This document shows, piece after piece, positions 1 to 9,809 of a DNA stretch of 26,561 nucleotides. Where the stretch lies: positions 1 to 26,561 of the forward strand of contig CAWJBB010000023.1 in assembly GCA_963840855.1 (NCBI GenBank). The letters are read 5' to 3'. The position numbers and the translations under genes are program-made. The notes below the pieces were generated by a model. That model saw nothing but the letters and a program-made list of their open reading frames with translations. It did no database searches and was not told the origin of the DNA. This DNA is from an uncultured delta proteobacterium (lineage in GTDB: Bacteria; Desulfobacterota; Binatia; UBA9968). How positions within the stretch are numbered: the stretch's first letter is position 1; each line of letters opens with the position of its first letter.

Positions 1-192
1 GCGCAGGCTGCGCAAAAAATCTCAGCGGCGCGGCGCGCCGTTCTCATTTTGGTGTTCGTCGTTGGACAAGGTCACGACCCTGAGCAACGTCGAAGGGTGG
101 CTCGTATTTGTCCGAGCACGAGCACGAGAAACAAGCACGATTTCCGCGAGGCGATTGAGCGCAACGAAACATATGAGATCTTTGGTAACCTG

Positions 193-963
193 CTAGAGCA
201 TGATCGCCGTCATGAAATAGTCCCAGACCAGAATGAGAACGAAACAAAGCACCACGGATTCGGTCGTCGCTTGGCCCACGCCGGTGGCGCTTTGAGGCGC
301 GTTAAATCCCTTGTAGCAGCACACCCAGGTAACGATCAGGCCGAAACTAATGGATTTGAGTAAACCGCTCCAAACGTCCTCGAAGACCACGCTGTTTTCC
401 ATGCCGGAAAAGTAACTCCCGGAGCTGACGCCCAACAGCCCGACCCCGATGACGTAGGCGCCGTAGATACCGACGACATCAAAAATCGCCGTTAAGAGAG
501 GCATCGAGATAAGCCCGGCGATGATGCGCGGCGTGGCCAGATATTGAACCGGATTGACGGCCATGGAATAAAGCGCGTCGATTTGTTCGGTTACTTTCAT
601 GCTGCCGATTTCCGCGGCCATGGCGGAGCCGGTTCTACCGGTGACCATGAACGCGGACAACACCGGTCCGAGCTCCCGCAGTAAGCTCAACGCCACCGCC
701 GAACCGAGAAAGCTTTCCGCGTTAAATTTTCTGAGGCTATAGTAGAATTGGAGCCCCATGACCATGCCGGTAAAAGCGCTGGACAGCAGGATCACGGAAA
801 GCGAATCGACGCCTATGGTCCGAATATGATGAACAATCAGGCGGAGGCGCATAGGCCGCCGAAACGCCCAGGCGAAGGCCGACAGCAGAAACAAAAACAT
901 TTCACCGATGCCGGCGACTCGCTGGATGGTAGACCGGCCGATATGAGCGATGATAGAAAGCAT
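193..963 (-). CDS. mlaE: MlaE-family ABC transporter permease (lipid asymmetry maintenance)
   Basis: 256-aa hydrophobic ORF with the MlaE signature LLRELGPVLSAFMVTGRTGSAMAAEIGSMKVTEQIDAL and GVGQATTESVV. Confidence 0.95.
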   Translation of the reverse strand: MLSIIAHIGRSTIQRVAGIGEMFLFLLSAFAWAFRRPMRLRLIVHHIRTIGVDSLSVILLSSAFTGMVMGLQFYYSLRKFNAESFLGSAVALSLLRELGPVLSAFMVTGRTGSAMAAEIGSMKVTEQIDALYSMAVNPVQYLATPRIIAGLISMPLLTAIFDVVGIYGAYVIGVGLLGVSSGSYFSGMENSVVFEDVWSGLLKSISFGLIVTWVCCYKGFNAPQSATGVGQATTESVVLCFVLILVWDYFMTAIML

Positions 964-1098
964 TTCGGGTGAATGAGAAAACGCGGCACCAGACTCACGC
1001 TATAAAGAAAACTTTACTGGTTTTCAAGCAACTAGAGAAAAATGGACAATCAAAGACCCAGGCCCAACGGATCGGCCCGCGCGCAAAGGCGGGTCGCT

Positions 1099-1887
1099 GT
1101 GACTAACGAATCCGAATTTGCCCGTTTTCGCACCAGCGTTCCGCCGCTCGCTGACGATGAGACGGTTGATGCATTGCTCGACGGCCGGATCAAGCTTTAC
1201 CAAAGCCGCGGCGGCTACCGCGTTTCTCTCGACGCGGCGCTGCTCGCGCATTTCGTCCGAATCAAACCCGACGCGAAGATCATCGAATTGGGCGCCGGAA
1301 ACGGCGCGATCATACTGATGCTCGCTTACCGGCATCCTTCGGTGCGGCTGACCGGCGTAGAGATCCAAGCGGCGATGCTCGCGCGCGCGCGCCGCAACGT
1401 TGTCCTGAACGGTTTGCAAGAACGGGTAAAAATGCTCGGTGGAGATGTGCGTGCCGTCGCCGCGTTGGCGCCAGCGGGAAGCTATGATCTGGCGATCTGC
1501 AACCCGCCCTACCGCTCGGCGCTAAGCGGTCGCGTCAGTCCCAATCCGGAAAAGCGTATCGCGCGCCATGAGTCCGAAGGTGCCCTGGCACATTTTCTTC
1601 GAGCCGGGAGCTATCTCCTGGCCAAGCGGGGACGGATGACGCTAGTCTATCCGGCGTTTCGCTGTGTCGACTTGCTTACTGCCATGCGCGCCGCGGGAAT
1701 CGAGCCCAAGCGTCTCAGAATGGTGCACTCGTTTTATGGCTCCGTAGCGTCGCTGGTGCTGGTTGACGGCGTCAAAGGAGGCAAAAGCCAGATTGTCGTG
1801 GAAGCGCCGCTGATCGTCTATGACGATCAGCGACGGTACACGGCCGAGATAATCGCGATGCTTAGTGGCACAGCCGGTAAGATGTAA
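1099..1887 (+). CDS. tRNA1(Val) adenine(37)-N6 methyltransferase-like (TrmN6/YfiC family)
   Basis: SAM motif ELGAGNG, catalytic-type CNPPY, and the YQxxxGYRxSLDA and RIARHE motifs. Start uncertain: GTG at 1099 or ATG at 1042. Confidence 0.85.
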   Translation: MTNESEFARFRTSVPPLADDETVDALLDGRIKLYQSRGGYRVSLDAALLAHFVRIKPDAKIIELGAGNGAIILMLAYRHPSVRLTGVEIQAAMLARARRNVVLNGLQERVKMLGGDVRAVAALAPAGSYDLAICNPPYRSALSGRVSPNPEKRIARHESEGALAHFLRAGSYLLAKRGRMTLVYPAFRCVDLLTAMRAAGIEPKRLRMVHSFYGSVASLVLVDGVKGGKSQIVVEAPLIVYDDQRRYTAEIIAMLSGTAGKM

Positions 1888-1896
1888 CCATCAAGG

Positions 1897-2364
1897 TTAT
1901 TTCTTGCGGCGCGCGTAGCCGCGCAGGAGTTTTTTAAACGCCTGGCGGACCTCGGGATCCTGAATCGACTCAAGGAACGGTTCATCGATTTTCCCGTCGT
2001 TGTCAGCCGGTGTTTTTGCGCTCGCCGGTTCTTCCTCCGGTTCGGCATCGGTTTTGGCCAGTGTTCCCACGACAAAAAAAATGCTCTTGACGACGTCAGC
2101 GCGCAACCGCTCATTGATTTTTTCCGCTAACAGATCCTTCATGAACTGCAGTTGCTGCATCCACACGGGGCTCGATACTTTGACGAACAAAGTTCCGTTG
2201 CGGATTTTTTCCGGCTGGGCGTTAAGTGCGACGGGCTTACCCACGACGTCGTGCCAAATGTTCCAGATGCCATAGGCCTCCAATTGGGGCGCCAAATCCA
2301 GCCTTTTTAACGACTGATCGAGAACCTCGCCGAGCCGCGCAATTGGATAATCGTTCTTAGCCAT
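1897..2364 (-). CDS. DUF721/DciA family protein (replicative helicase loader-like)
   Basis: WHDVVGKPVALNAQPEKIRNGTLFVKVSSPVWMQQLQFMK is typical of DUF721; GGAG RBS upstream. Confidence 0.85.
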   Translation of the reverse strand: MAKNDYPIARLGEVLDQSLKRLDLAPQLEAYGIWNIWHDVVGKPVALNAQPEKIRNGTLFVKVSSPVWMQQLQFMKDLLAEKINERLRADVVKSIFFVVGTLAKTDAEPEEEPASAKTPADNDGKIDEPFLESIQDPEVRQAFKKLLRGYARRKK

Positions 2365-2491
2365 TTTGCTCCTTTATTGGCAAATTAACAGAACTTAACA
2401 CCGGACTCCATCAGAAATGTTTTAACCGCACTTTTGGTGTTGCCAGAAGTATTTGAAATATAAAAAGAAAATAACGGGAAAAAAATTTTCA

Positions 2492-2520
2492 TTGACAAAA
2501 ATGACAATTGCTCTTACAAA
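2492..2520 (+). promoter_or_regulatory. Putative sigma-70 promoter of nrdJ
   Basis: TTGACA (2492-2497), 17-bp spacer, TACAAA (2515-2520), with an A-rich UP-like tract upstream. Confidence 0.6.
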
Positions 2521-2566
2521 TACAAAATCTAGTAGCTTTCGAATCGTTGCACACCATATATTGATA
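2520..2566 (+). promoter_or_regulatory. Tandem NrdR boxes
   Basis: ATACAAAATCTAGTAG (2520-2535) and ACACCATATATTGATA (2551-2566) fit acaCwAtATaTwGtgt, start 31 bp apart, and lie directly upstream of an RNR gene. Confidence 0.85.
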
Positions 2567-2594
2567 TTCCGTAAACGCAGTCAGAGGAGGAGCT

Positions 2595-5357
2595 ATGGCC
2601 ACCAAGAGGTCTCAGGCGAGTGATTTTCATTCGGATCATCCAGTGCTTAGGCCGAAAGCGGGCTTAAAGATAGAGCGCCATTTTACCCGATCGGGAGTGA
2701 GCCCATACGACGAAATTGAATGGGAGCAACGTTCCGCGTCCATTATCAACGAAAAGGGCAAGGTGGTTTTCGAGCAGGCCAACGTCGATATCCCCAAAGC
2801 CTGGTCCTTGATGGCCACCAACGTGGTGGTTTCCAAATACTTCCGCGGTCCCCTTGGCAGCCCGCAGCGGGAGCATAGCGTGCGCCAAATGATCGGCCGC
2901 GTGGTCGATACCATCGCTGGCTGGGGCAAAAAGGACGGCTATTTTGCCACCGAAGAAGATGCCCAGGCCTTTGCCGACGAGTTGACCCATATCTTGGTCC
3001 ACCAAAAAGCCTGCTTCAATAGTCCGGTATGGTTTAATTGCGGCATCGAAGAAAGACCGCAGTGCTCCGCCTGTTTCATTCTGGCGGTCGAAGATACGAT
3101 GGAATCGATTCTGGACTGGTACCGTAAGGAGGGAATAATTTTCAAAGGCGGCTCGGGTTCGGGTGTCAATTTGTCAAAAATCCGCTCCGCCAGGGAACAA
3201 CTCGGTGGCGGCGGGACGGCATCGGGACCGGTGTCTTTCATGAAGGCGGCGGACGCCTCGGCCGGGGTGATCAAATCCGGCGGCAAAACCCGGCGCGCCG
3301 CAAAAATGGTGGTGCTCAATATCGATCATCCGGATGTCGAAGAATTCATCAAGTGTAAGGTCGAAGAGGAGAAAAAAGCCTGGGCTTTGATTGAAGCGGG
3401 TTACGATGCCAGCCTCGATGGGCCGGCCTACGGCAGCGTTTTTTTCCAGAACGCCAATAACTCAGTGCGCGTCTCCGACGATTTCATGCATGCTGTCGAA
3501 GAGGACCGGGAATGGAAGACGCGCTATGTCAAGTCAGGCGAGACCTGCGAGACTTACCGAGCCCACGACTTGCTCCGCATGATCGCCGAAAGCACCTACT
3601 TCTGCGGCGACCCCGGTATGCAATACGATACCACCATCAACGACTGGCATACCTGCGCCAATACCGGACGGATCAATGCCTCCAATCCCTGCTCCGAGTA
3701 CATGCATCTCGATAATTCGGCGTGCAATTTGGCGTCGCTCAACCTGCTCAAGTATCTCCGTGATGACGGCGTTTTCGATACCGAGTCGTTCCGTCGCGCC
3801 GTCGATATTATTATCCTGGCGCAGGATATTTTGGTAGATAACTCTTCGTACCCAACTGCGGAGATCACCGCCAATGCCCACGCTTACCGCGAACTGGGCA
3901 TGGGATATGCCAATCTCGGCGCTTTGCTGATGTCTCTCGGGTTGCCTTACGACTCGGATGCGGGCAGAGCGTATGCGAGTGCGGTGACGGCGCTGATGTC
4001 GGGAGAGGGTTATTTGCAATCCACGCGGGTGGCGGCGGCGACGGGAGCTTTCTCAGGTTACGAGAGCAATCGCCAGCCCATGCTGCGCGTCCTTAACAAA
4101 CATCGTTCCCACGCGCACAAGATTCCCTCGTCTCATGTGCCGTTGGACCTGCTCAAGGCGGCGCGCGATGTCTGGGACGAGGCTTGTGGGGAAGCCGAGA
4201 AATACGGCGTGAAAAATTCCCAGATCTCTGTACTGGCGCCCACCGGCACCATCGCTTTCATGATGGACTGCGACACCACCGGCGTCGAACCCGATATCGC
4301 GCTGATCAAATATAAAAAACTCGTGGGCGGCGGCCTGTTGAAAATCGTCAACCATACGGTGCCACGGGCGCTCAAGCGGTTGGGATACGATGTCAAACAG
4401 ATCCAGGACATTGTCGAATATATCGAAGAACATGAAACCATCGAGGGCGCGCCGCATCTCCGGGACGATGACCTCACGGTGTTCGATTGTGCCTTTAGGC
4501 CGGCCAATGGCAGCCGTTCGATCCAGTATATGGGGCATATCAAGATGATGGGCGCGGTGCAGCCTTTCATCTCAGGCGCCATATCGAAGACCATCAATAT
4601 GCCCAATGAGGCCACCGTGGACGAGATCATGCGCGCGTATATGGAGTCGTGGAAGCTCGGTCTAAAGGCGGTGGCCATCTACCGAGACGGCTCCAAGCGG
4701 ACCCAGCCGCTCAACACCTCTAAAGACAAAGAAGAGCAGAAGGCGGCGTCGGTGGAAAACAAGGAAGCGCGGCCACTGCGCCGCAGGCTGCCGGACGAGC
4801 GCCGCTCAATCACGCACAAGTTCGATATCGCCGGCCATGAAGGCTATATCATCGCTGGTATGTACGAAGACGGCCAGCCCGGTGAAATTTTCATCACCAT
4901 GTCGAAAGAAGGCTCGACCATCTCTGGTTTGATGGATTCCTTCGCCACGGCGATTTCCATAGCACTTCAATACGGGGTGCCGCTCAGGGGATTAGTCGAT
5001 AAATTCAGCCATATGCGTTTCGAGCCGTCGGGCTTCACTAAGAATCCTGATATCCCGATGGCGAAATCGATCATGGATTACATCTTCCGTTGGCTCGCGA
5101 GCAAGTTTCTCGACGGCGACGCGCAGCAAGAAGTGGGAGTCGTAATGCGGGACCCGCCGGACGACGCGGCGGCCAAAAAGGTCGTGCAGTTGGCGGCACA
5201 GGTGCCGCGGGGCGGGGCGCCGATAACCAGCATCAGCAGGATCACGAGCCTCTATCAACAAGACGCGCCGCCCTGTCCGGATTGCGGCACAATCATGATC
5301 CGCAGCGGCGCATGCTACAAATGTATGAACTGCGGCGCGGTGAGCGGCTGCTCTTAA
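2595..5357 (+). CDS. nrdJ: Class II (adenosylcobalamin-dependent) ribonucleotide reductase with C-terminal TSCPD and Zn-ribbon domain
   Basis: CSACF, NPCSEY (NxCxE), APTGT, GAISKTIN and C-terminal CPDCG...CMNCG..SGCS motifs; RBS GAGGAGG. Confidence 0.97.
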   Translation: MATKRSQASDFHSDHPVLRPKAGLKIERHFTRSGVSPYDEIEWEQRSASIINEKGKVVFEQANVDIPKAWSLMATNVVVSKYFRGPLGSPQREHSVRQMIGRVVDTIAGWGKKDGYFATEEDAQAFADELTHILVHQKACFNSPVWFNCGIEERPQCSACFILAVEDTMESILDWYRKEGIIFKGGSGSGVNLSKIRSAREQLGGGGTASGPVSFMKAADASAGVIKSGGKTRRAAKMVVLNIDHPDVEEFIKCKVEEEKKAWALIEAGYDASLDGPAYGSVFFQNANNSVRVSDDFMHAVEEDREWKTRYVKSGETCETYRAHDLLRMIAESTYFCGDPGMQYDTTINDWHTCANTGRINASNPCSEYMHLDNSACNLASLNLLKYLRDDGVFDTESFRRAVDIIILAQDILVDNSSYPTAEITANAHAYRELGMGYANLGALLMSLGLPYDSDAGRAYASAVTALMSGEGYLQSTRVAAATGAFSGYESNRQPMLRVLNKHRSHAHKIPSSHVPLDLLKAARDVWDEACGEAEKYGVKNSQISVLAPTGTIAFMMDCDTTGVEPDIALIKYKKLVGGGLLKIVNHTVPRALKRLGYDVKQIQDIVEYIEEHETIEGAPHLRDDDLTVFDCAFRPANGSRSIQYMGHIKMMGAVQPFISGAISKTINMPNEATVDEIMRAYMESWKLGLKAVAIYRDGSKRTQPLNTSKDKEEQKAASVENKEARPLRRRLPDERRSITHKFDIAGHEGYIIAGMYEDGQPGEIFITMSKEGSTISGLMDSFATAISIALQYGVPLRGLVDKFSHMRFEPSGFTKNPDIPMAKSIMDYIFRWLASKFLDGDAQQEVGVVMRDPPDDAAAKKVVQLAAQVPRGGAPITSISRITSLYQQDAPPCPDCGTIMIRSGACYKCMNCGAVSGCS

Positions 5358-5390
5358 TAACCAAACCGTGGCAAGAGCTTCGAACAAGCG

Positions 5391-5432
5391 GCGGGCCGGT
5401 GGAGGCTTCTCCACCGGCCCGCGTTATTTTTT
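5391..5432 (+). terminator. Intrinsic terminator, probably bidirectional
   Basis: 14-bp perfect stem GCGGGCCGGTGGAG, GCTT loop, CTCCACCGGCCCGC, then TTATTTTTT, between convergent genes. Confidence 0.85.
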
Positions 5433-6026
5433 CTCCAGGTGAACGATCCCCTTCTCGGTGTCGATATCCAAGCGAAAGTTGGTTAGGAAGTTAAGCCCAA
5501 GAAGACCCGCGACAGTGGGGTCGGGCATAACGTCGTGCACGGCGGCGGTGAGATTTTTCAACTCGAGACCCGCCACCGAGATGGAGTCCAGGCTGATCAA
5601 AGGAGCTTGGATCATTCCGTTGGCGGTTTGAAACGGCATCGTACGGGTATTTTGGCTCGGGTCGATATCAAGCTGCTTGGCGGTAGCGCTGGAGATCATG
5701 GTGAAACTGGCGCCGGTGTCGAGGACCAGTTTTACCGCGGTTTTGCCGTTCAAGGTCGCGCCGACAATGACGACGGAGCCATGCTTCTCAAAGGGGATCG
5801 ACGCCTTCGTCGGCGCCGCTGCCGGCGGCGGTTGGCTTCTGTTGCCTTCGCTTCCCTGTATGCGCCTCGCCGTGCCGCGCCGGTTTTCCGGAATGTTGTG
5901 TAGATTGTCGGTTAAGTGAACGGTGCCTTTGTCATCCACCCAGCGGTAGAACTCTGCCGCGAAAACCGGAACAGACACAAGCCAAAGGGCAAACGCTAGG
6001 AGCGAACTGCTTCGGACGATTTTCAT
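5424..6026 (-). CDS. Secreted retropepsin-like (clan AA) aspartyl protease with N-terminal DUF4124 domain
   Basis: Signal peptide MKIVRSSSLLAFALWLVSVPVFA, DUF4124 motif YRWVDDKGTVHLTD, catalytic LDTGAS and GLLGLNFL. Confidence 0.9.
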   Translation of the reverse strand: MKIVRSSSLLAFALWLVSVPVFAAEFYRWVDDKGTVHLTDNLHNIPENRRGTARRIQGSEGNRSQPPPAAAPTKASIPFEKHGSVVIVGATLNGKTAVKLVLDTGASFTMISSATAKQLDIDPSQNTRTMPFQTANGMIQAPLISLDSISVAGLELKNLTAAVHDVMPDPTVAGLLGLNFLTNFRLDIDTEKGIVHLEKK

Positions 6027-6141
6027 AGATGGTATTTTAACACAACACGCCGGAGGGCGATACGCGATTGATCGCCTTGAGGGGAAAGTTTCTTGTCGCA
6101 CTTGACAATGTTTGGCGGTGGACCATATTCTTGTCATTGAA

Positions 6142-6354
6142 ATGGGTCGGCTCATCCAGATCGAGGAACTACACAAAGCCCGGCGGCGCCGTTCCGAAAA
6201 GGTCAGTATGGAACAGTGCGTGGAGCTCTTGGAGTGGAATTTGAAAAAGAGTCTCGACGATTATTTTTCCTCGCCTCCTGAAGAGCGGTCTATGCGGGCG
6301 ACTCAGATTCGTAAGCTCAGCGAGATTCTTGAGTACGCTGTCCGGCTGGTCTAG
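6142..6354 (+). CDS. Small hypothetical helical protein (70 aa)
   Basis: Fills the gap between two genes with protein-like composition (MGRLIQIEELHKARRRR...). TTGACA at 6102 and TATTCT at 6126 lie upstream. Confidence 0.6.
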   Translation: MGRLIQIEELHKARRRRSEKVSMEQCVELLEWNLKKSLDDYFSSPPEERSMRATQIRKLSEILEYAVRLV

Positions 6355-6423
6355 ACGCGATCCAAAAATCGTGAGATTTTTTAGCCGGCAAGTCGTGCAA
6401 AGCGGCGATTCTCCGAACGACGT

Positions 6424-7860
6424 ATGAGCCTCTTCTCACGTCTGGTGATCGGATTTCTCGTGGTGTTTGCCCTGGTTTCAGGGGTGAGTCTCTATATCCT
6501 CCAAAACCTGCAGCATTTCGACCGCATTACCCGCTCGATCCTTGAGAACGAGATCCGGGTGGGGGACTACGAGAAGAAATTATCCGACAGCCTGCTATCC
6601 GAAATTCGCTACGAGCGTAAATACGTGATCGTCAAAGAAGAAGCGCTTTACCGGGAATTTCAGAAATTCGCCGGGGATTTTCAAAGTGATCTCGACGAAG
6701 CGCTCGTCGTGGCGGACGCCGGCGCCGCGCAGATCCTGACTGAAATCAAGCAAAAGCATGATCATTACCAGGCAATCATCGACAAAGAACGGGGCCATCT
6801 AAACGCTCGCCAAGATTATCCCCAAGCCCGGTATGAGGCGGAGAAGAGCAAAGTGACCGATGAAATCTTTGCCGCCTTGGAGCGCATCACATCATACCGG
6901 CAAATGGACACCTATCGCAAGATCCGCGAGCTTGCGGACGTAGGCGCGCAGGCGCGCCAGACCGCGGTTATTATCACCAGCGCCTCGTTGATATTTATCC
7001 TGTTGCTTTCGCTGGTGATAACCCGGAGCGTCACCAAACCGATCGGTGCTCTCAAACAAAAGACCCAGGAAATCTCTAACGGAAAGTTCGAAGCAAACCT
7101 GCGTATTGCCTCGCCGCCGGAACTTCGGGACCTGGCGGCGTCGTTTAATTTGATGTGCCAAAAATTGAACGATCTGGAAAAAATGAAGGCTGATTTCTAC
7201 GCGTCCATGTCCCACGAGCTGCGCACGCCGCTGACTTGCATCAAGGAAGGAACCGGACTATTGCTCGACGGAGTCGCCGGAAGCACCACTGAAAAGCAGC
7301 GAAAACTTCTTACCATCGTCGCCGAAGAAAGCAATCGCTTGATTACTCTGGTCACGTCCCTGTTGGATCTTTCGAAAATGGAGGCGGGGATGATGACCTA
7401 TGGCTTGGAGAAAAGCGCTCTGGCGCCCCTCATTCACAAGGCGGTGGTTGAAATTGCTCCATTGATCGAGGCCAAAGAGATCGAGATCGAAACGGAGGTC
7501 GCCGCCGAATTACCGCCGGTCAAAATCGACCGCGAGCGGATCCTGCAGGTTCTGCGGAACCTGCTCGGCAACGCCGCGAAGTTTACACCGAAGTCCGGAA
7601 AGGTTAAGGTGAAAGCAAGGACAATTAACAGCGGCATTGAAGTTTCGGTATGGGACACCGGCCCGGGCATCGCCGCAGAAAATCTCGACGCGATTTTCGA
7701 AAAGTTTCAGCAGGGGAGGGCCGACGGCGCGGCTTCAGGGAATGGTACGGGATTGGGTTTGGCAATCGCCAAACAAATTATCACATCGCATGGTGGCCAG
7801 ATATGGGCGGAAAATCAGGCGGAACGAGGAAGCACCTTCTTTTTTGTTTTACCTTCATGA
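6424..7860 (+). CDS. Membrane sensor histidine kinase (HAMP-HisKA-HATPase), GlrK/QseE-like
   Basis: Two TM helices, HAMP domain, H-box SHELRTPL, N-box NLLGNAAKF, DTGPGI and GTGLGL. Confidence 0.95.
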   Translation: MSLFSRLVIGFLVVFALVSGVSLYILQNLQHFDRITRSILENEIRVGDYEKKLSDSLLSEIRYERKYVIVKEEALYREFQKFAGDFQSDLDEALVVADAGAAQILTEIKQKHDHYQAIIDKERGHLNARQDYPQARYEAEKSKVTDEIFAALERITSYRQMDTYRKIRELADVGAQARQTAVIITSASLIFILLLSLVITRSVTKPIGALKQKTQEISNGKFEANLRIASPPELRDLAASFNLMCQKLNDLEKMKADFYASMSHELRTPLTCIKEGTGLLLDGVAGSTTEKQRKLLTIVAEESNRLITLVTSLLDLSKMEAGMMTYGLEKSALAPLIHKAVVEIAPLIEAKEIEIETEVAAELPPVKIDRERILQVLRNLLGNAAKFTPKSGKVKVKARTINSGIEVSVWDTGPGIAAENLDAIFEKFQQGRADGAASGNGTGLGLAIAKQIITSHGGQIWAENQAERGSTFFFVLPS

Positions 7861-8373
7861 TGTTCGGCTCGGGCTGCGCGCTTTTTGGCGCGCCAAGCGC
7901 CCCAGAGCCGAAGCCTTTGCCGCCGCAGGTGATTATCGAGCGGCTGCCACCCCCCCCCGCCCCCGCCCGCGCCTCCGCCGCCCGCGCCTCCCCCACCTGC
8001 GCCGCCGGTGGAACCCAAAGAAATTCGAGAACTACGCGAGGCGGACGCGCACTTGCAGTTAGCTCAACAATTGCTGGGCAAAGGGGATTATGAAAGCTCA
8101 TTGAGAGAGAGTCAAAAGGTGCTGACGTTGGCCAAAGACAACGCCCCGGCGGATGCCGCGGTGTTTCACATGGGACTTATCTACGCCCATCCCAACAATC
8201 CGAAAAAGGACAACAAAAGGGCCATCGGGTTTTTCAGCCGCGTGATCAAGAGTTATCCCGAAAGTCCGTGGGTCGAACAGGCAAAAATTTGGGTCGGTGT
8301 ACTTGATAGCGTGGAGAAGCTAAAGCGGGTGGATATCGAAATCGAAGAAAGAAAACGGGACCGCACGAGGTAA
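7803..8373 (+). CDS. Proline-rich TPR/BamD-like lipoprotein (QseG-like position); frameshift in C9 run at 7950-7958
   Basis: N-terminal frame has a hydrophobic stretch and lipobox-like GSGC. Removing one C in the homopolymer joins it through a poly-Pro linker to the TPR-like ORF 8008-8373 (AIGFFSRVIKSYPESPW). Confidence 0.7.
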
Positions 8374-8383
8374 TGCAACGATT

Positions 8384-9809
8384 ATGGCGATGAATAGAAT
8401 CCTGGTCGTCGATGATGATCCGAATATCATCGAGCTAGTTAAAATGAGACTCGAGTCCGCTGGTTACGACGTAACCGCCGCTCAGAAGGAAGAGGACGCC
8501 ATCGACGCGGTCAAGGCAGAGCCGGTGGACCTCTGTTTGTTTGACCTGATGCTGGAAAATCGAGATGGCATTTCGCTCATGGAAAGCGTCCATGCTATCA
8601 CCCCGGATGTTCCGACGATCATACTTACTGCCCATGGCACCATTGAAACCGCCGTGGAGGCGATGCGCAAAGGCGCTTACGGCTATCTCACCAAGCCGTT
8701 CGAACCGCGGGATCTATTGGCGCAGATCGAACGGGCGCTGGAGCACCGCCGGCTCAACTCGGAGATCAAACGGCTCAAGGGGCTCGTGCGAAGAGCGCTT
8801 CGATTTTGCGAATATTGTGGCGCGGAGCGCAAAAATGCGGTCCGTGCTGGACATTGTCATGCGCATCGCCAAGCTCGACTCCACAGTTCACGTCCAGGGC
8901 GAGAGCGGTACTGGTAAGGAGCTCATCGCCAAAGCCATTCACATAGCGAGCGATAGAAAAGACCAGAATTTTGTCGCCTTGAACTGCGCGGCGTTGCCTG
9001 AATCGCTCTTGGAAAGTGAGCTTTTCGGACATGAAAAAGGCGCCTTCACGGGCGCGGTCAAAACTACCAAGGGATTGTTTACCCAGGCTCATGGCGGAAC
9101 TTTGTTCTTGGATGAAATAGGAGACATGCCGCTGGCGACTCAGTCCAAGCTCTTGCGCGCATTGCAAGAGCGTCAATTTTATCCCGTTGGCAGCCAGGCC
9201 CCTGTCGAAGTCGATGTGCGCGTGATCGTTGCGACAAACAAGGATCTTGAAGAGCAAGTTAAAAAAGGTTTGTTTCGCGATGATCTGTTTTACCGGATTC
9301 ATGTGATTCCGATTTATCTGCCGCCCCTGCGCGAGCGCAAAGAGGATATCCTTCCACTGGCTGATCACTTCCTCAAAAAATGCATCGTGCAGATGAAAAG
9401 AGATGTCAAGGCGATTGCGCCTGAGGCGTTGAGAAAAATGATGCTCCACGACTGGCCGGGCAACGTGCGCGAGTTGGAGAATGCGATTGAATACGCCGTG
9501 GCAATGACGCAGAAGGACACCATCACCGAAGACTATGTGTTGCCGACGAAGATTAATGTGCGGGAGGAGGAAAAATCGTCGACGCCGGATCGGGCGTCGC
9601 CTACGGATGAAATGATCAAGCCTCTCAAGGACGCGCGCGACGCCTTCGAGCGAGACTATCTGGTGCAGGTGCTTGCCTTGACGGAGGGAAACGTCAGTCA
9701 AGCGGCGAAGCTAGCCGGCAAATACCGTGCGGATTTCTATGATCTGCTAAAAAAACATCAACTGAAAGTAGATGAATTCAAGAAAGTTAAACCCACCTTT
9801 ACGATCTGA
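8384..9809 (+). CDS. Sigma-54-dependent response regulator (REC-AAA+-Fis HTH), GlrR/NtrC-like; frameshift near 8788
   Basis: Receiver domain in the 8384 frame; GESGTGKE, GAFTGA, LFLDEIG, WPGNVREL and HTH in the 8565 frame. One extra base at CTCGTGCGAAGAG splits them. Confidence 0.92.

Noticed and set aside
1-47. Start of a minus-strand gene (MRTARRAAEIFCAAC...)
   Set aside because: Only 15 codons visible, no RBS, and it overlaps a repeat-like motif; unsupported.
2595-5357. Intein or intron in nrdJ
   Set aside because: Length and motif order are continuous, with no splicing or homing-endonuclease motifs.
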